Below are positions 24,327-37,513 of a stretch of DNA of 64,000 nt, in pieces. Where the stretch lies: the NCBI RefSeq assembly GCF_006345805.1, contig NC_043004.1, forward strand, positions 56,482,001-56,546,000. Reading direction: 5' to 3'. The notes beneath the pieces are model-generated. The model was not told the DNA's origin and searched no databases. It saw only the letters and a list, made by a program, of their open reading frames with translations. Numbering within the stretch: position 1 is the first letter of the stretch; every line of letters begins with the position of its first letter. Origin of the DNA: Octopus sinensis (lineage: Eukaryota). A program made the position numbers and the translations under genes.

Positions 24327-25529
24327 TTTAATGAATTTTAATTACCTTTTTCTGATGATAAAATATACTTGCTATTCTCGTGTTCAAAAAATGTAACGTA
24401 AGGAAAAGACGGAATTAAAATGTTGAGTATCTTTGATACATAAAAATTAATTAGGTACAAAACATGAAAGAAACATATTTGAAAGCGAGGTCATGTAGAG
24501 TACATTGGCTGAAAGGTAAAGAAAATATAATTTATGAAATAAAGCCACGAAGTAATAATTACAAAAAATGTCACAAAGAACATTGCTGCAGGGTTAGAAA
24601 TAGCAAGATTTACTTGTAAGGCAAAAAAAAAAAAAAAAAAAGCACTTCCTTTCTTGTTCTTGCAAAAACGCTAAGACACGGATATTTCTAATTTCTCCTG
24701 AATATTTTCGTAATCGCAGCATCGTAATACAGAATATAGTCAATTAAATGGAAAGCATTTACTATATTGATATTTTGTATCAATATATACATCCATACAT
24801 CCATCCATCCATCCATCCATTCATGCATACATCCATCTTGTCTCGCTATTCCTGGAAGGAAGGTGTGCGTAATATCCTCTTGGTGTCCACAGGGTCCTAT
24901 CAAAAGTAACCGTCATTACAGTCCCCGAATGGATTTCCAAAGGTGACATTTGAAATTATAGATACAATACAACCATGTCATTCCAGATTTACACCTAGCC
25001 CTCCAACGGGTTTGGCCGAGTCGAAGGATCCGTCTTGCAATTGTTTCCTGCTACATTCTAAACACGTCTGTAATATTGCATCTGTGACCTCGGAATGCAG
25101 AGAAATAGCGAATCATTTTAAATTTATGCCTGTGTAAAAGTCGGTACCATTACGAAAGGAAAAATTGTCAGAACAGCCTGGTACACCATATTAGTCTGTT
25201 CAGTTTCGACCAAATTAGAATAAACACGTTGACATGTATGACACTACCAACGATAAAAACGGTTATATAAATTTGTCAAATGCTGTGTTGAGCGAAGTCA
25301 CAAAACAATAGGCTAGGCAAAGCTAAAGTGAACGAAGCATCAAATAGACGGAGTGAAGTATATGGTTGTTTTAACGGAACAACATTCGTAGTGAACAGAA
25401 CTTACTCAAAAAATGGCTGCGTAATTACCAGACACTTCCAAATACAGGCGCGCGCACACAAACAAACACACACACACAGTCTCTCTCTCTCTCTCTTTCT
25501 CTCTCCTTCTTTCACACACATATATACAG

Positions 25530-25857
25530 TTCTGCGGCCCCCTTCAGTCACAACACAGACCATGGGATTGCACCTAGAAAGTTACTCTCCCAGGCACAAG
25601 TCCGGGCAAGGTTGTTTATGGAAGACCATGGATACCGGCCTTCCTTCTGTATGCCACCAGTGTTATCCAAGGGAAAGGCAAAGGGGCCGATACAGCTTGG
25701 CACCTGTGACTTCTCAACTCATTTCTACAACTGAGTGAACTACAGCAACGTGAAATAAAGTGTCTTGCTGAAGAACACAACAAGCAGTCCGGTCCGGGAT
25801 TCGAGTTCACAAACTCACGATCGTAAGCTCGACGCTCTAACCACTGAGCCATGCGCC

Positions 25858-25860
<3 letters not shown>
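25530..25860 (-). mobile_element. SINE family C
   Basis: tRNA-like head GGCGCATGGCTCAGTGGTTAG. The core GTCACAGGTGCCAAGCTGTATCGGCC is shared with 45662-45940. Confidence 0.85.
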
Positions 25861-25891
<31 letters not shown>

Positions 25892-26269
25892 TATACAGTA
25901 TATAAATATATATGTGTATATTTAATGAAATACAGTTCTACCTTTTGCACACCCGCCAATAATCAGCAAAAGCATAGCATCAGATAAAATAGCTTAAGCA
26001 TGAAAGAGACAACTAGACAAGAACATACACTTTGTCATCTCTGTTCAACATGATGTAGCTTAGTAAAGTAAGATTCGAGAGGAATAGTTTCCTACTCAAG
26101 TAGTTCTGTCTGATTAATTAATCAAATGAAGAATCGATTGAATATGTAAACCAAAATGAAACCCAGATGCAGTCCTAAATTATTTGAAATGCATGTATGC
26201 CAAATAAATCTTTGACATCTTTATTCTTTATTTCTCGCTCTCTCCCTCATTCTCTGTATGCATTCCCTC

Positions 26270-26655
26270 TTTTACTCTCTTTTACTTGTTTCAGTCATTT
26301 GACTGTGGCCATGCTGGAGCACCGCCTTTAATCGAGCAACTCGACCGGGACTTATTCTTTGTACTTATTCTATCGGTCTCTTTTGCCGAACCGCTAGATG
26401 ACGGGGACGTAAACTCGTAAACACACCAGCATCGGTTATCAAGCAATGCTAGGGGGACAAACACACACACACATATACACATATATACATATATACTACG
26501 GGCTTCTTTCAGTTTCCGTCTACCAAATCTACTCACAAGGCTTTGGTCGGCCCGAGGCTATAGTAGAAGACACTTGCCCAAGGTGCCACGCAGTCGGACT
26601 GAACCCGGAACCATGTGGTTGGTAAACAAGCTACTTACCACACACCCACTCCTGC
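26270..26655 (-). mobile_element. SINE family A
   Basis: Reverse complement of head, core and tail; target site unoccupied. Confidence 0.9.
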
Positions 26656-26705
26656 ATGTATATATTTAGGTATGTATGTATGTTTTTATGCGTATGTATA
26701 TATAC

Positions 26706-26740
<35 letters not shown>

Positions 26741-27244
26741 TGTATGTATGTATGTATGTATATACAAATATTTACGAGTAAATACGAAAGAAAAATACCG
26801 ATGAGAACTGATCAGTCATAACAATTGTATTTACACATTTTAAAGCAGTAAATTTCGGAATCAATCTTCATTTGCAAGCAAAAATATTCCCAGAAAAATA
26901 TCTCTAGTTCCCGTTCTCACCGCAGTAACGGAACCTATAGAAAATCGGGAACTATATCAGCGCAGATCAACAGAAATCTTATTAGTTGAAAAATGATTCG
27001 TTTCAATATAAAAATATAAAATTGGATAACAGTACATGTAAAATGGTGGAAAATACTTTATATGGATGACTGATTGTTACTTGCGCCAGATCACAGCTTC
27101 TTGTACTGGGTGAGGTTACAGTTCGCTATTTTAATCATTAATATAGCAACCGAGTATCTTTAACAAATGTTATTTGTGCCAGCCATACATATCTTGACTT
27201 ACAGAAATTTAAACATTGCCAATGCGTATACGTTTATATACATA

Positions 27245-27301
<57 letters not shown>

Positions 27302-27313
27302 GCACACACACAC

Positions 27314-27356
<43 letters not shown>

Positions 27357-27524
27357 CATACACACATATATATACATATATGTTTTCACATATACACATA
27401 CACACACACTCACATACTCACACACAGACAAGGAACTCTGCAACACAAAACCCCGAGGTTAGTGTTTCAGGAGGAACAGCCTTAATATAGAAGACAGACT
27501 AATGGTATCTTTGATTGGCAAGGG

Positions 27525-27720
27525 GCCACAAGTTAAAGAGGAGAAGTACGATCAATCGATTTGACCCCGGTATTTTCATGATACTTATGTTATCGATTTT
27601 AGAAGGATGAAAGGCAAAGTCTACACCGGAGAGATTTAAACTCAATTCATAACAGAGCATTATTGTACAATGAAAAGCATTTGCCGACTACTCAGTAAAT
27701 TCCGCAACCCACCCCTTAAA
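27525..27720 (-). mobile_element. Degenerate family D SINE
   Basis: GGATGAAAGGCAAAGTC core in reverse. Confidence 0.6.
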
Positions 27721-27994
27721 ATGTATGATATTCAGCACCCCAAAAAATAATATTAATAATGGTTTGTGGTATTGGCACACGGCCACCGACTTCTTTGTAT
27801 GGCAAAATCGAATGCTCTGACACTTTGACTGCAGTACCTATCGACTGCTACTTATTTGATCAAACCTAGTGGTTAAAAGAACATTTTAACGCCGGTGGTA
27901 ATTTTGTTAATTAATGTAACGAAAGACTATAAAACATTTCCATGTTCTGTTATTTCAATACCGTTTGGAATTGATAATAACAATAATAATAGTT

Positions 27995-28190
27995 TTAGAT
28001 TTTGGCAGAAATCCAGGAAAAACCAGGAGAGGAGATAAATCGATTATATCGACCCCCAGATTTCTAACGGAACTTAATTTATCGACCCTGAAAGGATGTC
28101 AACATTATCTGCATTTGAACTCAGAAACTAAAGGCGGACGAAATGCTGCTAATCACTTTGTCCGGCATGTCTATCGACTACTCCTGGTTA
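27995..28190 (-). mobile_element. Degenerate family D SINE
   Basis: TTTATCGACCCTGAAAGGATG and TTTGAACTCAGAA..GGACGAAATGC in reverse. Confidence 0.6.
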
Positions 28191-28666
28191 ATTTTTATTC
28201 CTGTCACCGATCATGTGGTAGGTAATCGTTTTAGAATTAGTATCCCTAATAAAGCACTCTCGCGACTGGGTTAATTGGATAGCCTCTGGAGAGTAAGTCA
28301 AACCAAACTGCTACGTAGGCAAGACCCTTGACAGGACCCACACGGAAGAACTGGAAATGACTTCGTCAGGCAGGGCAGGTGTGTGGGGGGTGCTATTAAC
28401 ATCTCGGCTCAGATGGTACAGGTACTCGTCATATGACTGTATCACAAAATAAACAACAGGATTATAATCGCAGGAAAATAAAACCACGCAATGAAAGCGG
28501 ATGCAGAATGAAATGGAGCAAAGAATATAAATTTGTAGTCAAGTAGAACATTTATGCAAAAAATAACCAAAGAGCACGCGGTCGGGCCGACAGGCACTTC
28601 AGTTTTGGAAAAGTATTGAAATGACTGAAATTGATGTATATAATTTTTTGGGACAGATATACACTT

Positions 28667-28907
28667 ACTCTTTTACTCTTTTAGACTTTTACTTGTTTCA
28701 GTCGTTTGACTATGGCCATGCTGGAGCACCGCCTTTAGTCGAGCAAATCGATCCCAAGACTTATTCTTTGTAAGCCTAATACTTACTCTATCGAAATCTT
28801 TTGCCGAACTCCTATGTTACTGAGACGTAAACACACCAGCATCGGTTGACAACCGATGTTAGGGAGGACAAACACAGACACACGAACATATACACACACA
28901 CACACAT

Positions 28908-28978
<71 letters not shown>

Positions 28979-28983
28979 TATAT

Positions 28984-29037
<54 letters not shown>

Positions 29038-29178
29038 GTACGACGGGCGTCTTTCAGTTTCCGTCTACCAAATCCATTCACAAGGCTCTGGTCGGCCCGA
29101 GGCTTTAATAGAAGTGCCACGCAGTGGGACTGAACCCGGAACCATGTTGGTAAGGAAGCTACTTACCACACAGCCACT
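28667..29178 (-). mobile_element. SINE family A with expanded internal (CA)/(TA) tract
   Basis: Reverse complement of head, core and tail. Confidence 0.9.
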
Positions 29179-30420
29179 CCGAAAACTTAGAAGTAGGTTT
29201 TTATTGAGCAAAGTTGAATTAGTGTCCCTGGAAGTTAAAGTACAAAATATGAAGTTTAACATAGAAGGTAACAGAGATTTCATAATAAAAATGAATCTAC
29301 CCAAGAAAGATGATGATAATACAGAAAATATTGAAATGTGGAGTGAAAGGAGAATCAAGTGATCTAGACATCGAAAAGTTGAATGCAAATGAAGAGGGAG
29401 AAGCCAGATTGATTATCAAAAAATTAAGATATGGATTTCATGATACTCGACTTGATAATATAATGAAATAATATAGTTTAATGATTCAAGACTATTGAAA
29501 AGGTTGCAAGACGCAACGAAAATTTTAGGAAAATAAAAATAAGAAATAAGTGGAAATTTTTACCGGTGAGTGTGTTACATTATAAGGCACAAAAAGAAAA
29601 TGACTCTCCCCAGATACAACAGAATATACTTCAACACACGAACTCAAATAAAGAATCTTGCAAACCAAATCCAAAAGCGAGATATAGTTTAATGATTTTT
29701 TAAATTAAAACTATTCTTGTGGTTATAAAATATCGAGTATGTGATCGTCAATAGTGTATCTTTTGATATATTTCGGAGCACTTTTTGCCCTACTTTGTCT
29801 GTTTCTATTAAAAACGTATTCTGGTTATTGCTAAAGGTATCATTTAATTTATTCAGATTGATATTCTTCGTGTACTAAGATTAAGCGTCATAAAATTAAA
29901 TATGTTTTTACCTTTTATATGTTCGTTCTCTGTGTAGTTATGATCATTCTAAATTAATATGTACTTTTAAAATAAAAGACAACAAATTTTTTCTCCAATA
30001 AATTTAACTTGATAAACAGAGACCTTACACAAGACATTTCTATCCACCGCTGCTCACGGTAAAACTCATAATATTAATACTACTAATAATAATGTAAGCA
30101 AGAATAACAATGAAAATAATTAGCATCGATCTAAAGACTATCACTTCCCGCATGGGAAAGGAAAGTTACAGAGGTTAGCTTTTGTACCATACTTATGGCG
30201 ACATACATTCTGCTTTGGGGAATGGAGATTAAACGATAATACTACATTTTCAATTTCTTATCGTTTTATATTGATTTTTTAATATATATTATTCCTTATG
30301 TTATCTATTATTTTGTTTTCAGAAAGAGTAAGTTGATGAATAGTATTTAAGATTTCAGGTACATGGCAGAGAATTATCATCATCATCATCGTCGTCGCCG
30401 TCGTCGTCACCACCACCACC

Positions 30421-30454
<34 letters not shown>

Positions 30455-30789
30455 TCATCATTATAGCTGTCAATCTGTGAAGTCATACAAGCTGGAGCTC
30501 CGCAACTTAGGTTTAATGAAGTATTTTGGCTGGTTGCAACCCGTTCCTTCAAAATTTTAGTTAACGAGTGTTTTGCTTACCGTGTCTGGATCATGTTGGT
30601 TTTGTGTAATTGCACCTCCTTTTGCTGGGTGTAATAATTATGTTGTATTTTTTTTGTGAACACGGGATTCTTATTCATATTTCCAATTTTAAAAATATTT
30701 TGGATTACGAAAAAAATAATAATAATCGACCAAGAGCAGCGTTTCTTTGACTCAGTTGTAACTCCGATTAGTCAAAGTCTCAGAGGATT

Positions 30790-30980
30790 ATTATTATTAT
30801 TATTATCATCTTTCTTTTCTTCTTCTTTCAAATTTGCTTCTTTCAAATTTACATGGGTCGTAATAGTTCTCACATCGACAATGCTCTTCTCAATACGTGT
30901 GATGTACCAGTTAAGACAATCTTTTGCACTTCTTGCAGGGATCGTAAACCAGGGATCATTCTCATATAATTTTCGGTTCC

Positions 30981-30981
<1 letters not shown>
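30790..30981 (-). mobile_element. 5'-truncated R4/Dong-like non-LTR retrotransposon 3' end in an (AAT)n/(AAG)n tract
   Basis: 30980-30870 encodes GTENYMRMIPGLRSLQEVQKIVLTGTSHVLRRALSM*, which resembles the QK..L.GT.HILR C-terminus of restriction-like-endonuclease elements. It is flanked by TAA-type repeats. Confidence 0.7.
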
Positions 30982-31011
<30 letters not shown>

Positions 31012-32103
31012 TTATTATTATTATTATTATTATTATTCTTATTCTTATTATTATTATTATTATTATTATTCTTATTGTTATTGTTATCATCATCATCATC
31101 ATCATCATTTATTGTTATTATTACTCATTGATGTTAAGAGAATTGTGAAAAGAACGCATTAAGTAAACATTTTACTTGAAACGTCAAGCTGAAACAAAAT
31201 TAAAAAAATAGCGCACTTGAAAGTATATTTTAAGAGCAAAACGTAAGAGATTTGCTTGGTGAGTCAATACACTTGGTAACGTTACCTATTGGTTATACGC
31301 CATAGATTGTACTAACTCCATTTTATTTACTCCGTTAACAACTTTGAACGTTAGCATAAAAATTACTCAAAGAGTTAATAGGAAAGGAGCGGCTGGAAAT
31401 CACGAACAGAGGCCACGGGAATATTTGCATCACATTTTATAGACCTAAGGAAACACTCAAAGAATTGATCTATAAATTGGTTCACTTCCCTACATTGCAG
31501 AAAGTTCCTTTCATTTAACGCTTAAATAAATTACACACACACACACACACACACATACTCACACACACACGCATGCACTCATGCATACACACACACACTC
31601 ACACACACACATACACAATCATGCACACAGACATACATACACACACTAACATATGTAATGGACTATATCTACATCTATCTATATATACGAATATATGCAT
31701 TGTTTTAAAGAACTGGGTAAGCGATTTTTTCCTAAATTTTATATCATCTTCCAAAACATATATGCACACAATAGTTACTTCAAAAGTAAAATAGGCTCGA
31801 ATTAACTGAATGATCAAAAGCTTGCAACAGAGAATGCCTGAATTATGGGCCTTTCATTTATAGTGTATTAAACAATACTCTACGCTAATAATGTATTGCA
31901 TTCTGTTAGTCATCGCTTGTCAGTGAATCAACAATTGTCTAGTCTTCCTAAAAAGGCTCATAAAATTAGAGTGTGTATTTGTGGCTGAATACTACATTGA
32001 CTCACATAATTTTAATGTAATTGTCAATCAAAATCTTCGTGATTCGGTGTAATCAGATTTTGGAATGACAGAAACCATCCATCCGACAAGGCAGTTCTAA
32101 AAC

Positions 32104-32324
32104 TTAACCCTTTAGCATTTAAACGGACCATATCAAGTAAAAACATTCTACCCGCTTTATGTTCAAACCGGCCAGATCCGGCCTCTGACACTTAATGTAA
32201 AATGCCATCCTTATAAACAAAGGCCTCATTAAAATATCGAAGCTACGAAATATCGCTTGATTAACTCAAAACAAGCTGAATAAACATTACATTTGACAGA
32301 GCAATCTGAACGCTTACGGTTTAA
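32104..32324. mobile_element. piggyBac-type (TTAA) MITE, degenerate
   Basis: TTAA-CCCTTTAGCATT at the left end, degenerate complement AATCTGAACGCTTACGGT-TTAA at the right end. Confidence 0.5.
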
Positions 32325-33657
32325 ATTTATTTTAATTCTCCGGATTTACTTTCGGTTGCTCATAACATAGTTATTGTTTAAATAACGACAGGTCGTCAAA
32401 TCCCAAATATGCAAATTCAGATATCCACTAATATTTCTAACCCAATTTACACTGTAGCTGAACTTGGCCCCTGACTGAGGGAAGGAACCGAGAGTGTTTT
32501 CAAGAAATATTGAATACAACTGTTAAGGTATGTTGAAACAAGACGTGGAGATAATTTCCACAGCCAACAACATTCCTATGATGGCATACTACTTGGTAGA
32601 TGAGCAGTGCCATAACTGACAGCTGTATTAAGTGTCAGCAATGCCTTTAACAATGTTTCACTTGAGTGCGGCTTGTACAACAACGCAACGAATCTCTTTA
32701 GCGATACCGAGAAGCGTAACCACAAGTATAGCGCAAGATGTCCAACGCAGGTTTTATATACGAGTTAACCTTCCCATGAGGGATACCTTGACAAATACTA
32801 GAGGTCCATCATTCCCATTGAGCTAAGCACTCCAGACCCCAACTAAATCTCAAAATCCCAGTGGATACAAGAAGATATAAGGCTAAATGTATCGAAAATA
32901 TAGGGCAGCTCTCAATACCAGCTTACTCCTCCTTGACTGCAAGTGTAACTAGACTACAAGCAGACCACAATACGTTTGGGACCTTCAATATTTTACCTAA
33001 TTACATTTGAAATAGCGCTAGTGATGTAACTCAAAATGGCTATATACATAAACTTCGATATAAATTATGGATAAATTTTTATCAATTACCATAGGAAGAA
33101 TTTTTTTTAAAATTCGTTTTTCTTCGTGTGAAAACAAATGTTAAGTGATAATAGCGACCAACTACAAATGAAAAGAGGGGATTTATACCAAGAATGAAAA
33201 ATTCTCTGAAATTAAAAAGGAAAAGACAGTATGAGAGGAGATACTTTGACATGTATAGAGTAGAAAACATGTATGGTTTAGAATATTGTGCATGATTTAA
33301 ACGAAAATGTGATTAGACAAACAGCTTGGCCTACCCTTCGATGGATTACCGCATTTCGATTATATCCTTATTTATTATTACAGTATCGCTGATTTTCAAA
33401 TAATACCATTTTCGTATGCACTACGTCCGTCATTCAGTGTGCGTTAGGAAGCATACAGAATAGGTATTTATAGGATTTACCATATGGTGGCGGTGTGAGC
33501 ATATGCCATTTACGCTTCACACTTTTGCCGAGAGCATGTTTTCTTACATGGATTTCCAGTTGCACTTCGTTTACGAGATTAGAAACACTGTACCGAACGG
33601 ACTATATTTCATGTTATGATTTATTCTACGTATTTTTGCTCTGAATCTATATATATA

Positions 33658-33695
33658 GGCGCAGGAGTGGCTGTGTGGTAAGTAGCTTTGCTAAC
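33658..33695 (+). mobile_element. 5' head of a SINE family A copy split by elements 2 and 3
   Basis: GGCGCAGGAGTGGCTGTGTGGTAAGTAGCTTTGCTAAC. Confidence 0.9.
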
Positions 33696-35687
33696 TGCGC
33701 ATGTGCGAGTCAGTGTTGTGTTTGCCACTGAAGCAGTGAAGATGTGCTTTTGAAGCCGTCTTGAATTGAAAACTTTGGAAGCCCCATGTAAGGTAAGATT
33801 CTGTTTTCTGGGTCCAGTGGGAGTTTTTGTTGAGAATTATTTTTTACATGCAGGAAGTCCTACTGGATTCAGAATTCTGATTCTGCCGACATGTGGCAAA
33901 TATATTTTTCTCGCTGAGAAAATTTTTTGGGGCGTATCCGTCTTCGAATTGTGAGAATTGCATTGTGCTGTGAAGAACTACCAATTTTACACCAATTCAT
34001 GTGGAAGTTGTGCGATCCTGGTTCGATTTAGGCCGGGAGTACCAAATGGCCAAAAGGATTTTGCTGTGTTTTTGACTTTCTTTTTAACTTTATTTGACTT
34101 TCTTTTCAACTTTATTTGACTCTCTCCTTTTTTCATTGTGACTTTCTTCGGATTTCCTTTTCTTCTCGTTTTTTAGTTTTATTCTAAATACATTAATTTA
34201 AAAAAAAAACAAAAAAACATGGCAACAAAAGAAACCACCGCTTTGGAATGGGAGGTCGTCCCACCCAAGCAGTGGATTGAAAGTCTTGAGAAGAGGACGG
34301 TGGTCCTACGAACCTATTCTAGGTCGCGTGGAGCCATTGCCCTCTTCGACAGGAATACTATAGAGAAAGAGTTGGGGGACTACCTGCCAACTATAAAATT
34401 TATTTCTCGGGGGACTAAATTTGCAACGGTGTGGTTGCTGTTTGGTACCCCCGAGGAAGCTAGCAGATTTGCTAGCGAGCCACTGGAGGGATATGAAATT
34501 TTGTTCCTCCCCTCGTATTGTGGCAGAAAAGTGAAAAGAGCCTGGGTGTGTGGGCTGCCCCCGGGCACGGAGGCGGAATGAATCGAGAAGACCATCCGGC
34601 GAGGCCTGGGGGATAGCGGGCCCAGACTGCTGAGTGTGAAGGTGGCTCCCGCGGTCGCCTGGGAGGGGTCGAGGGCAACTTTGACCCTGTGGACACCGGT
34701 AGCCGTGGGAGAAATGAAATTCACGGACTTCCTGAGAATGGCTGGGCACAGGTACCCGGTGATACTCGAGGGTCGCCCCCCCAAGTGTCACCTGTGCTTG
34801 AAGCCCGGACATATCAGGAAGAATTGTCCCAGAGGCCGTGGTGGTGCCCCGGAGCAGAGAGGGGAAAAGGCGCCCGCCGCCCCCTCATTGGAGGGGGAGA
34901 CGATGGAAGTCGTGGAGGAGGTTGCCTCCCCGAAAAGAAAGAGAAAGGCGAGCAACAATGGTTGCCCGCCAAAGAACGCTCAAAGGGGCGAAGGGGGATA
35001 GCAATCCCCCGTGTCTGGTGACGGAGTCCTCTGGGTCAGCAGTCTCCCCCAAAAGAAGGAGGAGAAAAAGGAGAGGTCGGACGACTGACGTTTCTGTGTC
35101 GCCGACGGAGCCGCGGGTGGGATGTGTGCCACCCGCGGACAAGGCTCCGCCAGTAGGAAGTGTGCCACTGACGGAGCAGTGTGAGGTCCCTCCCTGTGAA
35201 GAGGAGATGCTTCTCCTCCTTTACCACAAGGGAGGGGAGGTGGAAAGATTCTTGAATGGCTTGGGTGACCGAGAGCGTAAGGGCACGGTCGGCTCAAGTA
35301 GTCCGTTATGGCCTCCGCGGGTAGCTGCGGAAAAAGTAACAGAAGATACTTTGTCAAGGGTCGCAGAGACCTTTGAAAAGAAAGACTTTACTTTTCTCTT
35401 TGCAGGCCCCGACTTGTCGTCGCAGAGTTGTCTGCAGGCGGCAAGACAATTTGCTTCGGGGACCTGACAAGAAGAATTGTTGAACATTTGTTATGTAATT
35501 TGAATCATTGTGAACATTTTATTAAATGTATTTATTGAAACATTGTTTTAGAGAAGCGAAAGTCGGCGGGCGCTTTCGACTTCTCCCATCACCATCTTCA
35601 TCCACCACCACCATCATCCATTAATGTCCTTGTCCAGCCCGTAGCTACTACTCTGTGTGCTGCCCTAGTGGCAAATTATATAAAATA
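33696..35687 (+). mobile_element. Element 2: ORF1-only Tx1-type non-autonomous retrotransposon (~2.0 kb)
   Basis: Bounded by AAGTAGCTT(T)GCTAAC duplications (33680-33695, 35688-35703). ORF1 and both UTR motifs are homologous to element 1; no EN/RT sequence. Confidence 0.88.
34219..35467 (+). pseudogene. ORF1/gag-like CCHC protein with one nonsense codon (34579-34581) and one frameshift near 34990
   Basis: MATKETTALEWEVVPPK...LEGRPPKCHLCLKPGHIRKNCP; collinear with element 1 ORF1. Confidence 0.85.
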
Positions 35688-36093
35688 AAGTAGCTTGCTA
35701 ACCTCACTGACTGAAGAGTGACTTTGCTTACCGTACTACGGTTTGGACGCGTTTTCTTCCCGGTAAGAATTTTGCTGTGTTGTTAATTGTTGAATTTCTA
35801 CTACTGAAAATTTGTCTTTAAACGTTGCTGAACTGTCTTGTTCTCCGGTTTTACCGGGGAATAATTGGATAATTTCTTACCGTTGAACTGTTAGCCATTG
35901 TGGCTTTTTTATTTACGTGACTATATATAGTCCTGCCAGACTATTTTCGTGCCCCTCCCCCGAATGGGGGTGGGAATTGGAATTTTTGAACTGCTTTTTT
36001 GAACTACTTTGGAAGAAAAACTTTCTATAGGTTTCCCAGTTTTGTGGGAAACCAATACTCGTAATTTTTGTGTTGTCTAATTTCAACAGAATA

Positions 36094-37496
36094 ATGTCTG
36101 TTGAAATTATTCACGAAAGTAGTGCTCTTGAGGAGAGCAATGTTAAAAAGTTTTCTGAGGTAGCCGCAGTGGCTACCGAGAAAATTGACATCGATGTCAA
36201 CCAGCTCGTCGAGCTATTTAAAAGAATGCAAGAGGGGGTGGTGATGTTAAAATATCACCCTCCGCCAGTATCGTGGAGACCGAGAAGCGGACCGTAGTGT
36301 TTAAAACTTTCTGTCCACAAAGCAGAAGGTTCAAACACTTTGAAAAAAGTACCATCGAGAAATGCCTGTCCCCGATTTGGAAGGACATCGTGTACGTCGC
36401 CAGGGGACGGGCATATGGCACTGTGGATGTCCGCTTCTCAGGGGAAGAAGTGGCCCGCGGGCATTCTGTAAACCCCCTAAAAACCAAAGAGGTGGTACTT
36501 TTCCCAAGCTATAGGGGACGCAGGACGTCCCGGGTCAGGATTGTAGAAGCCCCGCCGGAAGTAGATCCGGTAGAGGTAGTGGCCGCCCTATTATATAAAA
36601 GGGCGGACAAAATAAAAATACTAGAAGTAACATGCTCTACCCCTCGATTTTGGCTCGGGCGTAACATTAATATATTAATTCAAGGAACAGCGGAGGACCT
36701 ACAGCTCCTTCCTGAGAGGGTGCTCGTGGGCGAGAACGTAGCCCTCAGGGTACAGGTCGAAGGCCGAAAACCCACCTGTTACGCCTGCGGCAAAAAGGGC
36801 CACATTCGTGTAGACTGTCCAGACAAGCAAAAGAAACCGCAGACACCAGGCCCCTCAGATAATAAAAAAGTCCCTACCCTTGCAAACACACCTACCCCTA
36901 CAAAAACAAAAAATCCCACTCCTGCTGTTAATGGGCCAACCCCAAAACAGACTGAAGAAAAAACCCAGCCCTCGCACTCACAAACCCCTACACTATTAAA
37001 ACCTCCCACCCCACTAAAAACTGCGGCGCCTACCGAACAAACTATTGCTACCCCAGACGATACCATGGAGGTATCAGAGGGGGGATTTACACCAGTTCGT
37101 AAAAGAATTCGTGCAGCATCCCCGTCCACATCCCCTACAAAAAATAATAAAAACAAAGACACACCACAGACACGAAAAAAAAAATCCCGCTCAACTGGCC
37201 CAGAAAAAGAAGACAAAAAAGAAAATGAACTCATATTAATTGAATTCGACACACAAGACAAATACTTAAACGATATTGTGGTTCAGCATCAGTCAGCAAG
37301 ACTGTACAACAAATACAAAGATCGAAATAGACACGCGTGGATTGCGGAAACAACGTTCAAACAATTAAAAGACAGACACCCAAACGCCATCCGGGATGTC
37401 GCGAACTTGCCGGACTATCTGAAGAAAGAGGAGAAAGAAGGGGCCCACAAACGTGTGGTGAGGTCGGCTCCCACCTCTCCAACGAAATGTAAGTAG
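36094..37496 (+). pseudogene. Element 3 ORF1 copy a (~467 aa if one homopolymer frameshift near 36235 is repaired)
   Basis: MSVEIIHESS...VEGRKPTCYACGKKGHIRVDCP...; has G5 where copy b has G6. Confidence 0.85.
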
Positions 37497-37513
37497 AACT
37501 TTTACTTTTTGTA

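Noticed and set aside
29230-29460. Protein-like frame ILKCGVKGESSDLDIEKLNANEEG
   Set aside because: It is short, bounded by stops, and I recognise no splice signals or family.
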